Below are positions 36,045 through 45,209 of a stretch of 64,000 bases of DNA, piece after piece. The notes under the pieces are model-generated. The model was not told where the DNA came from. It searched no databases and worked only from the letters and a program-made list of their open reading frames with translations. Origin of the DNA: Candidatus Kuenenia stuttgartensis. GTDB lineage: Bacteria; Planctomycetota; JAKEIC01; DYIT01. Each line of letters begins with the position of its first letter. The stretch's first letter is position 1. Both the position numbers and the translations under genes were made by a program. The stretch spans positions 8,530-72,529 of the forward strand of contig DYIT01000001.1 in assembly GCA_020723505.1 (NCBI GenBank), written 5' to 3'.

Positions 36045-37043
36045 TTATAGCCCGGCACGGCCGTTCCGCGAGGGCCGCGTTCGAAGGCGCGCCGCGGAAA
36101 TGCCTGACAGGGCGAGCAACACTTCGGATGGAACATCGAGTATCGAGTTCATCCGGGCGGCGACGGCATCGGCGCCCGGCCCCCACGCCATGGTCATCGC
36201 GGGATTCCGCGTGTGCCCGCCGACAGAGACGTCCTCGATGTTCCCGTGGTCCGAGGTCAGAATGAGCAGCACCCGATTGGTATCGAGGCAGGACAGGGCC
36301 GAATCCACGAAAGCATCGAGCTTCCTGATTTCCTCCTTCGCCGCTTCCATGTCGCCCCCGTGGCCCGCGTGATCGGTCTGGAAATACTCGTAGAGCGTGA
36401 AATCGTACCCGGCCGCCTCCCGCGCGAGGATGCCGCCGGCCTCGGCAGGGGTCCTGACCGGGACGTCGAATCCCATCTCGACGAGCTTCCGGTTGGTGAA
36501 GTCCTGGTACAGGCACCTGCCTGCCCTCAGGTCGTCGAGACCGAAGAACGGCGCGCCGGACGCGAGCGCGGCCACAGTCGATGCGGACAGCCTGTCGATG
36601 ATTCCCGCCGGGTCCTGTTCGAAGAACTGGGGCCGGAACGCGTTCAGGAACCTCGGAACCAGCCCCATCCCGGCGGCCGATTTGAGAATCGATTTCTCCA
36701 TCAGGATTTCCCGCAGCCTCCTGTTCGGAAAGCCGAAGAGGTGCCTCCCCAGGTCCATGGCCGCATTCACGCCCGTGAAAAGCGCGGTCTGGCCGGTCGC
36801 GCTCTGCGGAAGGCCTTCGACGCCGAGACCCGCGTCGAGCCGCGCCCTGTACCCTCCCCGGGGCGCCATGCCCATGGGCCGGTCCAGGAAATCGCTGAAA
36901 TATGGGCCGCCGACAGCGGCCATGGGATTGACTTCGGGGTCGCATGCGCCGACTCCGAGACCGTCGATGAAGAAGAGAAGGACCGAATCGGGTTTTCCGC
37001 AGACATGGGTCAACGACCGGAAATCCAAAGAACTGCTTTTCAA
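36045..37043 (-). CDS. Alkaline-phosphatase-superfamily metalloenzyme (phosphomutase/phosphodiesterase-like)
   Basis: Metal-ligand motifs LLFFIDGLGVG, QSATGQTALFTG, TDHAGHG and LTSDHGN are characteristic of the iPGM / phosphopentomutase / NPP superfamily. TTG start. Confidence 0.6.
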   Translation of the reverse strand: MKSSSLDFRSLTHVCGKPDSVLLFFIDGLGVGACDPEVNPMAAVGGPYFSDFLDRPMGMAPRGGYRARLDAGLGVEGLPQSATGQTALFTGVNAAMDLGRHLFGFPNRRLREILMEKSILKSAAGMGLVPRFLNAFRPQFFEQDPAGIIDRLSASTVAALASGAPFFGLDDLRAGRCLYQDFTNRKLVEMGFDVPVRTPAEAGGILAREAAGYDFTLYEYFQTDHAGHGGDMEAAKEEIRKLDAFVDSALSCLDTNRVLLILTSDHGNIEDVSVGGHTRNPAMTMAWGPGADAVAARMNSILDVPSEVLLALSGISAARLRTRPSRNGRAGL

Positions 37044-37047
37044 GCGA

Positions 37048-37821
37048 CTAGATACTTCGCGATCCTTCGCGGATTATGCGGGGGATTTCCCCGACCGTCC
37101 CGGCCCGGATGCGCGGCATCGAATCAGGATTCGCCGCGCATCCGACGCCAATCGTGAGCATCCTCTTCTCCTCGGCCGCTTCGAACGACCCCGGCTCCCC
37201 GGATCCCGCGTAGGCGACCTCCGTGCCGTCGAGCCCCATGGATTCGAGGGCCGACTCGAAGAAGAACAGGTTCGGCCTCCTCAGTCCCGCCTCCGAGGAC
37301 AGGGTTATTCCGTCCAGGAGGCCGGCCAGGGGGCCACGGGCAATCACGTCCAGGACCAGCCTCGCGGGCCAGGGGGTGTTCGCGCAACCGCGGGTCCTGA
37401 TCCCCGCGCGGCGCAGCTCCCTGAGCGTGCGGTCGGCACCGCTCGCGGGCGCGAACCGGGCGGCGAAGGGCTCGAACCAGAGGTCGATTGCGCGGGTCAC
37501 GCTTCCTTTCCCGATTCCGGGAGCCACGGATGCCAGGATTCCGCCAATCTCCTTCTCGATGTCAATCTCCCTGCAGTTCCCGAAGACGAGGCCGAGTTTC
37601 GCAGCGGAGAGCGCGGCATGCACGATGCCGAAGGCTCTCGGGAAGTCCGGGAGCTCGACCCCGAGCCCCAGCAGGAAGTCGTAGGCCTGTCTTACGCCCT
37701 TCATATGGAGGCTCATGCCGTCCGCGGGGGCGGAGTCCATGAGCACGCCTTCGAGATCGAACAGCACGCCTTTTATGTTCACGCGAAACTCCCGGCCGCC
37801 GGCCGGGGGGCAGGCCTCCAT
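37048..37821 (-). CDS. HAD-superfamily hydrolase
   Basis: Motif I is GVLFDLEGVLMD (DxE variant of DxD). A downstream GIRTRGCANT region and a C-terminal GSGEPG/.. region are present. Start uncertain (ATG 37821 chosen to avoid overlap with the upstream gene). Confidence 0.6.
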   Translation of the reverse strand: MEACPPAGGREFRVNIKGVLFDLEGVLMDSAPADGMSLHMKGVRQAYDFLLGLGVELPDFPRAFGIVHAALSAAKLGLVFGNCREIDIEKEIGGILASVAPGIGKGSVTRAIDLWFEPFAARFAPASGADRTLRELRRAGIRTRGCANTPWPARLVLDVIARGPLAGLLDGITLSSEAGLRRPNLFFFESALESMGLDGTEVAYAGSGEPGSFEAAEEKRMLTIGVGCAANPDSMPRIRAGTVGEIPRIIREGSRSI

Positions 37822-37859
37822 CGCGCCCCCCCCCCGCCGCGCCATACATGCCGCGCCTG

Positions 37860-40800
37860 TCACGGCGCCTTGGGTTTCCCGGCCCTGCGGGCGGCCTTTT
37901 CCGCGAGGATGTCCGGGCTCGTCTCGAGGAGCTCCTCAATCGGGATCCCATCGAGGCAGGAATCATCGAAGCCCGTCATGATTTCGCCCGCCGCCCACCT
38001 TATCTCCTCGTACCGCTCGTAGTAGTTCCTGAGTATCTTCACCTTGGCGTCCAGCGGCAGGTCTTTCCTGAAGGACACGTGGAACAGGATCATCGGCATG
38101 GCGCCGGTGTCCTCCCTCTTTACGATTGTGGGGATGATTGCAATAGCCCTCCTGTCGCGCTTGCCGGTACCGATGAAGACCCTTCCCCTGGCCATGACGC
38201 TGAGCTTCGTGCCGGCCAGCCTTCTGGGGCTTGAATAGCGGGACTCGATTTCCCCGGCCACGCCCTGCCTTCTTTCCACGGCGATTGTCGTGTTCTCGTC
38301 CCGCCTGAAGGTCTCGTCGAGGCCCAGTATGGAATAGAGGGTGAAGCCTAAGACCTCGCTAATCGCCTCCGACACGTGCTCTATCACGTTGAGGTTCGAG
38401 TAGTCTATCTGGTCCGGGCTTATCCCGAGCTCGCCGAGCATCCTGAACAGCACGCCCGTGAACTTGACCTCCTCCCTTGAAATCCCGACTGTGACGGTCT
38501 TGGCCTGGTGCTTAATCGCGTCTATGGGTCTCGTGAGCTCCCCGATGCCCTTCGACAGCACCATCAGGAACTCGTCGTACAGAGCGTCCCATCGCGGCGT
38601 GATTCCGAAGTCGTATTTCACGTCCTGGAGCCTCGTCCGGCCCGCCGCGTAGGCGTAAAGAGCCAGAATCCTGGTGGAGGTCTCGACCTCGAGGGCGGAG
38701 TTGTAGCTTCCCTTCCAGACTAGGTCGCGGAACCTCTGGCCGAGCACGCCGACCTGCCGGGCGAGGAGACCCGCGGTCTGGGCCAGAGCGAAGCCCGACC
38801 GCCGCCTGATTTCCGGCAGTGCGGCCACGATCGCCGCCCTGGTCGCCCTCATCACCTGCGCCGACTCGTCCGTCGCCCTCGCGGCGTAGTACCCGAAGAG
38901 GTGCCCGACCATCGTGCTGAGGAGGAAGGAGAGCTCCCCCGCCCCCCGCCGCACGGTGAGCACGGCCGAGGCGAAGCTCGAGAACGCGGGCTGGCCCTCC
39001 TGCGCAATCACCACCGGGCAGGCCCTGTGCGCCTTGAAGATTGAGACCTCCTTCACGATGTCCCCCAGGTTGGACTCCGGAACGCCGGCGGCGCAGACGA
39101 TTATCAGGGGCTCGGACGAGAGGTCGATGTGCTTCTTGTCCTCGGTCACGTCGCAGGAGATGGACTTGTAGTTGAGCTCGCTCAGCTTGATTCTGATTTC
39201 CTCCGCGCTCACCTTGTCGAAGCCGCTGCCGACCACGGCCCAGTGCCTCTTCGACGGCGCCAAGCCCTCGGCGGCCGCCCGCACCTTCTCCCGGTCGGCC
39301 AGCGTCTGGCGCATGAGGTCCGGAAGCCTGCCCAGGACCCACAGCCTTCTTGCGATTTCCTCCTCCGCCATCGCCCCGCACTCGTGCGCGAGGTGCAGGG
39401 AAACGAGGTAGCCGGCGGCTACCTGGCAGTAGAACGCCTTGGTCGAGGCCACCGACATCTCGACGTCCCTTCCGTCGGACGTGTACATCACCCCGTCCGA
39501 CTTGTCGGTGAGGTCGGAGTTCCTCCTGTTCACGATGGCGAGCACGGACGCGCCGCGCTTGCGGGCGAGATCCACCGTCCTGTTGGTGTCGGTCGTCGTG
39601 CCGGACTGGGAGACGGCGACGACGAGCGTGTCGGACATGTTCCTGCGCAGCCCGAAGCCCGAAAGCTCGGACGCCTTCATAGCCTGGACGTGGAACCTCT
39701 CCCGGCCGAACACCTCCTCGAACAGCGCCGCGATGCCGTATCCTGCAATCGAGGCCGTCCCCTGGCCGATGAACGTCACGTTCCTGATTGTCCCGTTCTT
39801 CAGCGATTCCAGGACCGCGGGGGGCACAATCCCGTCCGAGAGCATGAAGACCGGACGAGGGAACCCGGTCTCGGGATCGGTTTCGACCCTGAACTTGCCG
39901 CGTATCGTCTTCGCGAAGCTGTCGGGCGACTCGGAGATCTCCTTCAGGAAGAAGTGCTCGTGCTCCCCCCTGTGGATGTCGCGGGTCGTTATTCCCGCCT
40001 TCGAGGGCTTTCCCAGGGCCAGTTCCCGCCCGTCGAATCCGAAGGTGCGCAGGCTGCATGCCCCCTCGGGCCTGCATTCGAGCGAGAAGATGCGGCCGGA
40101 TCCGCCGCCCTTGCCGCCGTCGTCCTCCATCTTGTGGTAGGCGTTCGCAAGCTCGACCATGCCGTAGATCTCGGAGGCGAAGAGCGTGCACATGTCGGAC
40201 CTGCCCACGTACAGCGCCTGGCCGCTGCCCTTCTGGGCGAGCAGCACCTTCCCCGGCTCGGAGGTGCAGATCGACGCGATTGCGAAAGAGCCCTCGAACC
40301 GGGTGACGGCGCTCCTGAAAGCGTCATGGAAGCCCATCCCTCCCGCCATCCCGGCTTCTATGACCATAGGTATGATCTTCGCGTCCGTGGTGACGGTGGG
40401 CGGGACGCGCGTTCCCGCCGCCTCGACCTCCCTCCTGAGCGCATGGTAGTTGTCGATGTCCCCGTTGAGGACGGAGAACACGACCGGGACTTCGAGCATG
40501 GAGGGGGCGCCGTCCCCGCGGGAGTCCACGGGATGGCAGTTCTCCTCGTTTATTATCCCGTTCGACGCCCAGCGCGTGTGCCCCAACGAAATCATCTCCG
40601 CCCCTTCGGTCCCAAGGGCCGCGAGGAACGGCGCATCCAAGCGAATCTTCTGCAGAAGCCCGGTCACGTTCTGCCCCAGCCTTCCGATTTCGTCCGCGAC
40701 CTTGTGCGCGAACACCAGGCACTGGCCGCCGTCCGGATTCACTGTCCTGAGCACGGCCCCGTCCCTGAGGTTCGGGATTTTCATGCGCTCCAGGAGAGCG

Positions 40801-41375
40801 CCGCCGGCCCTGCCGAGGAATCCCTCCGCCTCCCCCGCCGTCCGGAACGTGAAGACCGTAATCATCCCGGCCGAATCCCTGCCCCTGACCTCGAGCCTGT
40901 CCAGGGAACGGAGCATGGAAGCCAGCTCGAAACCGCGGTTGAACACGTGCGCGGCCCCCTGCTTCCCGGGAACCCCTTCTATAATCAGTTTCACTCGCTC
41001 CGCGAGCTCGGGGATGTCCTTGCGGAAACGCCAGCAGGCGTCCTTCAGGAGCACGGCCACGCGGTTCCATTCCTCGAGGACGTCGGTGGACGCTCCCTCG
41101 CACCTCGCCGAAAGGGATTCCAGGGCGGACGAAATGGCGGATGCGGCTTCATCGGCCGGCGAGGGGCCGCGGAGCGCAATCTCCCTTATCGCCCAGGGGT
41201 TGACGCAGGCCAGCGACTTGTGATCCATCTCCGTCGAGATTCCCATCACGCGCCCGGCGTCCGCACCGCCTGCAATCTCCGTCCTGGCTGCCTGCGCTAT
41301 CCGCACGGCCTCCGCAAGCCCCCCGTCGCCTCCGTCCGCGGTCTTCCTCGCGATTACCCCGATTATCCCGCACAT
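37860..41375 (-). CDS. Giant GlmS-like protein: class II glutamine amidotransferase plus two SIS domains with large insertions and extension
   Basis: MCGIIGV carries the N-terminal Cys nucleophile. LEVRGRDSAG and HTRWASNG are GATase-II motifs. SIS motifs are VAVSQSGTTTDT and a second SIS (WAVVGSGFDKV...). An internal AKTVTVG resembles the canonical GlmS C-terminus. At 1171 aa it is about twice canonical length. Confidence 0.75.
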   Translation of the reverse strand: MCGIIGVIARKTADGGDGGLAEAVRIAQAARTEIAGGADAGRVMGISTEMDHKSLACVNPWAIREIALRGPSPADEAASAISSALESLSARCEGASTDVLEEWNRVAVLLKDACWRFRKDIPELAERVKLIIEGVPGKQGAAHVFNRGFELASMLRSLDRLEVRGRDSAGMITVFTFRTAGEAEGFLGRAGGALLERMKIPNLRDGAVLRTVNPDGGQCLVFAHKVADEIGRLGQNVTGLLQKIRLDAPFLAALGTEGAEMISLGHTRWASNGIINEENCHPVDSRGDGAPSMLEVPVVFSVLNGDIDNYHALRREVEAAGTRVPPTVTTDAKIIPMVIEAGMAGGMGFHDAFRSAVTRFEGSFAIASICTSEPGKVLLAQKGSGQALYVGRSDMCTLFASEIYGMVELANAYHKMEDDGGKGGGSGRIFSLECRPEGACSLRTFGFDGRELALGKPSKAGITTRDIHRGEHEHFFLKEISESPDSFAKTIRGKFRVETDPETGFPRPVFMLSDGIVPPAVLESLKNGTIRNVTFIGQGTASIAGYGIAALFEEVFGRERFHVQAMKASELSGFGLRRNMSDTLVVAVSQSGTTTDTNRTVDLARKRGASVLAIVNRRNSDLTDKSDGVMYTSDGRDVEMSVASTKAFYCQVAAGYLVSLHLAHECGAMAEEEIARRLWVLGRLPDLMRQTLADREKVRAAAEGLAPSKRHWAVVGSGFDKVSAEEIRIKLSELNYKSISCDVTEDKKHIDLSSEPLIIVCAAGVPESNLGDIVKEVSIFKAHRACPVVIAQEGQPAFSSFASAVLTVRRGAGELSFLLSTMVGHLFGYYAARATDESAQVMRATRAAIVAALPEIRRRSGFALAQTAGLLARQVGVLGQRFRDLVWKGSYNSALEVETSTRILALYAYAAGRTRLQDVKYDFGITPRWDALYDEFLMVLSKGIGELTRPIDAIKHQAKTVTVGISREEVKFTGVLFRMLGELGISPDQIDYSNLNVIEHVSEAISEVLGFTLYSILGLDETFRRDENTTIAVERRQGVAGEIESRYSSPRRLAGTKLSVMARGRVFIGTGKRDRRAIAIIPTIVKREDTGAMPMILFHVSFRKDLPLDAKVKILRNYYERYEEIRWAAGEIMTGFDDSCLDGIPIEELLETSPDILAEKAARRAGKPKAP

Positions 41376-41501
41376 GCCGTCGTCCTCAACAACCGGTTCC
41401 CCTGGATCCTAACAAATCCAGGCCCCGCGGGCTAGAACACGGCCAGGCACCCGGCGATGAAGAGTCGAGTCTTCATCAACGCCGGTCCGTTCAATATTTT
41501 C

Positions 41502-41530
41502 TTGATTTCACCCGGCGCCGGCCGTAGACT
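41502..41530 (+). promoter_or_regulatory. Candidate sigma-70 promoter for the coiled-coil protein gene
   Basis: TTGATT-N17-TAGACT, about 75 nt upstream of ATG 41605. Confidence 0.4.
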
Positions 41531-41604
41531 CGCTTACGCCTACGCATCTGCGGGGTTCCGTTACTTCGGGTCCGGTGAGGCCGGACAAGGGAGGTTGCGT
41601 CTTC

Positions 41605-42660
41605 ATGGCCCTGAGACGAAGAAAACCCATGAACGGGCTCGATGCGCTCAAATCCGCGCTGGGCGCACGCAAGGAAAGGGACGACGACGAGACCGAGGAC
41701 GAGCCGGAAAAGCCGGTCGTGACCGGAGGCGCGGTCCGCGGCGCCTCGCCGGCTGAGGAGGCGCGCAGGGCCCCCCCCCAGCCTCAGCGCGAGGAGCCCG
41801 CGCACCTGCCGGCCGCCACGAAGCCCCCGGCGGAGCAGTCGCAACCGAAGCCAAGGCTTCCGCAAATCGAACCTGTCTCGCCGCCGAAGCCTTCTTTTGC
41901 GGCGCGTGATGAAAGAACAAGGCCTTCAGAGACATCCCCGCCCGCGGTGCCGGACAGGGGCGCCGTAAGACCGCCGGCAGGGAGGATTGCGCCTGCGCCC
42001 GACGGCTCTGCTGCCGACGGGAAGCGGGCATCCGAGAACCGTTCAATCGTTGGGAGGAAAGAGGAAATGGCGGAGAACATCAGGAAAACCCAGGAACCGG
42101 TCCAGAGCAGAGAACTCGCGCCGATTCAGGAGAGCCTGGAAGGCGTTTTCAAGGAGCAGGCCGAGGCGGCGTCCGGAGCGGCCGGCAGGGTGATTTCCAA
42201 CCTCAAGGAGGCCGGGGAAATCCTCGACCGGCAGTACAGGAAGATAATCGACATGCTGCGGGCAAACGAGCTCCTGACCCGCGACGCCGGCCGGATAAAC
42301 GAATCCGTCAAGAAGCGCCGCGAGCTCAAGACCTCCATCGAGGAAGCCATCACCGAGCTTTCCTCTGCCAACGAGCAGCTCGACAAGAACTACCAGAGGC
42401 TCGTTTCCGAAAAGGACGGGCTGCTCTCCGAGAAGGAGAAGGCCACGGGCGAGAACGACGAGCTCATCGCCTCAATCAGGGAGTTCACCGAGGACATCTC
42501 GAGCCTCCAGAAGGAGAGCGAGGATCTGACGGGCGAGACGGCGAAACTGGAGAAGGAACGGGACAGGCTCGAAGAGGACGTGCGCAGGCTTTCAAGGCTC
42601 AAGGAGGAGTACCTGGCCAACGTCGCGAGATTCCGCGAGGGCGAGGGCGAAGGCGGCTAG
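41605..42660 (+). CDS. Coiled-coil protein with disordered Pro/Glu-rich N-terminal half
   Basis: GGGAGG lies 10 nt upstream of ATG 41605. The C-terminal about 170 aa has strong heptad-like character (LSSANEQLDKNYQRLVSEKDGLLSEKEKATGENDELIASIREF...). Confidence 0.6.
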   Translation: MALRRRKPMNGLDALKSALGARKERDDDETEDEPEKPVVTGGAVRGASPAEEARRAPPQPQREEPAHLPAATKPPAEQSQPKPRLPQIEPVSPPKPSFAARDERTRPSETSPPAVPDRGAVRPPAGRIAPAPDGSAADGKRASENRSIVGRKEEMAENIRKTQEPVQSRELAPIQESLEGVFKEQAEAASGAAGRVISNLKEAGEILDRQYRKIIDMLRANELLTRDAGRINESVKKRRELKTSIEEAITELSSANEQLDKNYQRLVSEKDGLLSEKEKATGENDELIASIREFTEDISSLQKESEDLTGETAKLEKERDRLEEDVRRLSRLKEEYLANVARFREGEGEGG

Positions 42661-42816
42661 GACGCCTATTGCGCATCCAGGCGGGCCGGGGGGATTCCTG
42701 AAGCCGGCTCGCATGCGGGGGCGGCGAGGGATCCGCTCATCCGCTGTCTCCCGTCCGCAAGCGGAATCCGTTGTGCTCTCCCGATGCTTCATTGATTGTT
42801 TGTCGAAGCGGTCCAT

Positions 42817-43701
42817 ATGAAGTGTCCGAAGTGCGGCTACAACAACCTTGACGGCTCGGCCGTGTGCAACCTGTGCGGGAATCTCATGCACCAGGTCGGC
42901 CGGAACTACTTCAAGATGCCTCAGGCCAAGGTGCAGAAGCAGGCTCCGCAGGCCCCGCAGGCCCCGCCGCCCGCGATAGGCGGGGGAATGGCCGGCGCGC
43001 CGGCGATCCAGCCTTCCATGAGGGAGATTAGGCACTGCATAGTCTGCTTCCCGCTGGAGCCGGTGAAGCTCGACAGGAACACGGTTTACGAAATCGGGCG
43101 GTCCAGGGACTGCGCGCTGATTCTGCCGGTCGGGATGGTCTCGAGGCACCATGCGAGGATACAGTGGAAGGGCAGCGGCTTCGCGGTGTCTGATCTCAAC
43201 TCCTCGAACGGCACGTTCGTGAACGGCGAGCAGATATCGGAGCATGTTCTCCGCAACCGCGATCAGATTAAAATCGGCCCCTACCTCCTCGAGTATTACG
43301 TCTACGCCGGCGACACGGAAATCGTGACCTCCCGCGACAGGGAGATGGAGGTCACCAAGGACATATCAATCGGAGACCCCACGAAGAATATCAACACGTT
43401 CAGAGGCAACGTGGGCGAGATGGCGCTCGGGGAAATCATGCAGCTCCTCAACCTCACGAGGAAGTCCGGCAACCTCGTGGTGACTTCCGGCGGATCCGAG
43501 GGCACGGTCTTCTTCCGCGGCGGGGAGATAGTGCACGCCGTTTTCGGGGACAAGACCGGGGAAGACGCGGTCATGAAGCTTGTCCGGTTCCGCGAGGGGT
43601 CCTTCGTCTTCTCCCTGGACGATTCCGTCCAGCCGCAGACCATCATGCAGAAGACGTCCAAAATACTCGTCGAAGCCCTGAGGTTCGCGCGCAAATCCTG
43701 A
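42817..43701 (+). CDS. Zinc-ribbon / FHA / DUF4388 (PATAN-like) three-domain protein
   Basis: MKCPKCGYNN...CNLCG is the zinc ribbon. The FHA core is GRSRDCALILPVGMVSRHHARIQ...DLNSSNGTFVNGEQI...IKIGPY. The DUF4388-like region is GEIMQLLNLTRKSGNLVV...VFFRGGEIVHA. Confidence 0.8.
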   Translation: MKCPKCGYNNLDGSAVCNLCGNLMHQVGRNYFKMPQAKVQKQAPQAPQAPPPAIGGGMAGAPAIQPSMREIRHCIVCFPLEPVKLDRNTVYEIGRSRDCALILPVGMVSRHHARIQWKGSGFAVSDLNSSNGTFVNGEQISEHVLRNRDQIKIGPYLLEYYVYAGDTEIVTSRDREMEVTKDISIGDPTKNINTFRGNVGEMALGEIMQLLNLTRKSGNLVVTSGGSEGTVFFRGGEIVHAVFGDKTGEDAVMKLVRFREGSFVFSLDDSVQPQTIMQKTSKILVEALRFARKS

Positions 43702-43831
43702 TCCGGACGAACAGGAGCCTGAGAGCCGTCTCGATTCCGGTCGTCCGGGCAGAACGCGCTTCGCGCTTCAATTCCATATTCTCATCGGTTCCCGACCCAT
43801 TGAACCGGAGCGGACCGGTACGGAGAAAGAG

Positions 43832-44197
43832 ATGCACGACGAGGAATCGCCCGTCAGGGGAAACAAGCACTGGCTAGAGGAATTGCATGCGGCCGTGACC
43901 GTTGCGGACGCGGCGGGAACCATAGTCTTCATGAACGCGCTGTCGCGGGAGACATTCGCTTCCCATGGAGGAGGCGCTCTCGTCGGAAAGAGCGTTTTCG
44001 ACTGCCATGCGGGGCCCCCGCTGGGAAAGATTCGGAAGCTGTACGAGAACAAGGCTCCGAACCACTACACGATCCGGAAGAAGGGCATGAGGAAAATAAT
44101 CCACCAGCTTCCCTTGTTCGAGCACGGCAGATTCGCGGGGTTCGTAGAAATCTCCATTCCCATCCCCGAAGCCCTTCCCCATTTCGAGAGGGGCTGA
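43832..44197 (+). CDS. Stand-alone PAS-domain protein
   Basis: 121 aa. LHAAVTVADAAGTIVFMNALSRETF...GKSVFDCH... is a typical single PAS fold pattern. Confidence 0.6.
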   Translation: MHDEESPVRGNKHWLEELHAAVTVADAAGTIVFMNALSRETFASHGGGALVGKSVFDCHAGPPLGKIRKLYENKAPNHYTIRKKGMRKIIHQLPLFEHGRFAGFVEISIPIPEALPHFERG

Positions 44198-44371
44198 TTC
44201 CCGCCCACCGGCCTTAGCCCGGCTTATTCATGAAATTTCGTGACGCGAAGCGTCGATAACTCGCAAAAATCGGCGGCCACAAGGTTTGCGTCGATTCGAG
44301 TCCTGGAAACGGGCTTTGGAATTTTCGACACACTGTTGAAAGCCAAGAACCAAGCCGATTTTTGCTGGCCA

Positions 44372-44400
44372 GCGCAAATGGCTTCCGAAGCCATTTGCGC
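44372..44400. terminator. Perfect 29-nt palindrome (hairpin) in a convergent intergenic region
   Basis: GCGCAAATGGCTTC-C-GAAGCCATTTGCGC. There is no flanking T-run, so its function as a terminator is inferred only from position. Confidence 0.35.
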
Positions 44401-44409
44401 GCCCGGCCC

Positions 44410-44443
44410 CCGGATAATTCATGTTCCTACGTGAATTATCCGG
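44410..44443 (-). terminator. Hairpin immediately after the stop of the 44445..45110 gene
   Basis: CCGGATAATTCA / TGAATTATCCGG forms a 12-bp stem with a 10-nt loop, starting 2 nt from the stop codon. No clear U-tract. Confidence 0.35.
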
Positions 44444-44444
44444 G

Positions 44445-45110
44445 TTAGGAGCTCTTCTCGGGACTCAGGTACCTGCTTTTTCCGACACTGGGGAATTCCC
44501 TGTACAGTTCTGGGCGATCGGGGAAGAGCTTCCTGTAAGGCATGGCCCAGAGATGCCGGACGATGTGCGAAAGATCCTCCGCGGTGATCCAGCCCCTGCC
44601 GAAGGTCGAAAGGTCCACGACTCCATAGCCCCGAAGCGTGAGGTCGGTCAGGTCATTGGTGAAATAATTGAAGTAGTATGGATGATAGGACATCACGAGA
44701 CTCCGCAGGGAGCGGTGCTTCGCCGGCCTGCCAAGCAGATTCAGGTCCCGGGATTTCGCAACGGAGCCGTATTTCCCGTTGGACTTGTAGATGAACATGT
44801 TGTGATCTATATCCGCTGCCTCCATGCACATGATGATGGGCGGGTAGCTATGCATCGAAAGCACCGCCGCGGCGAATACGGCTCCCTCGAAGCAGTGCGC
44901 CGTCCGGGTGCGCGCCACGCCCCTGAAGGACCTCCACGTCTCTTCCCGCTCGTCGAAGTTGTACGGCATCTGAAGCAGGAATTCCTGGACCTTCCCGGGC
45001 GTGTCGCACGCGCGAATGATTTCAAGCTCTTCGGGAGTGAAGTCCTGCATTTCTTCATTGCCTGCCGTGGCAGGATGCACTGATTTCCCGGAAGTCTTCA
45101 TGGACTGCAA
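44445..45110 (-). CDS. Hypothetical protein, possible transglutaminase-like Cys/His fold
   Basis: 221-aa ORF. TAHCFEGAVFAAAVL followed by DIDHNMFIY resembles Cys...His catalytic spacing of transglutaminase-like peptidases. Assignment is weak. Confidence 0.5.
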   Translation of the reverse strand: MQSMKTSGKSVHPATAGNEEMQDFTPEELEIIRACDTPGKVQEFLLQMPYNFDEREETWRSFRGVARTRTAHCFEGAVFAAAVLSMHSYPPIIMCMEAADIDHNMFIYKSNGKYGSVAKSRDLNLLGRPAKHRSLRSLVMSYHPYYFNYFTNDLTDLTLRGYGVVDLSTFGRGWITAEDLSHIVRHLWAMPYRKLFPDRPELYREFPSVGKSRYLSPEKSS

Positions 45111-45209
45111 GGATGATAAAAATCACACGATTTTGCGACACTTTTCGGCGGCCCTAATCCCGCGCATGGGAATCCCCATTGGCGTCAACTCGAGGAATCC
45201 CGGGATCCC

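Noticed and set aside
38512-41435. 559-aa (minus, off-frame) and 768-aa (plus, antisense) ORFs overlapping the GlmS-like gene
   Set aside because: Both are Arg/Gly/Pro-rich and motif-free. The 37860-41375 frame carries the GATase-II and SIS motifs.
41376-41604. Possible glmS ribozyme upstream of the GlmS-like gene
   Set aside because: Only short hairpins are present (41456-41477 and CCTGGAT/ATCCAGG). There is no resemblance to the conserved glmS ribozyme core, and the region is shared with a divergent promoter.
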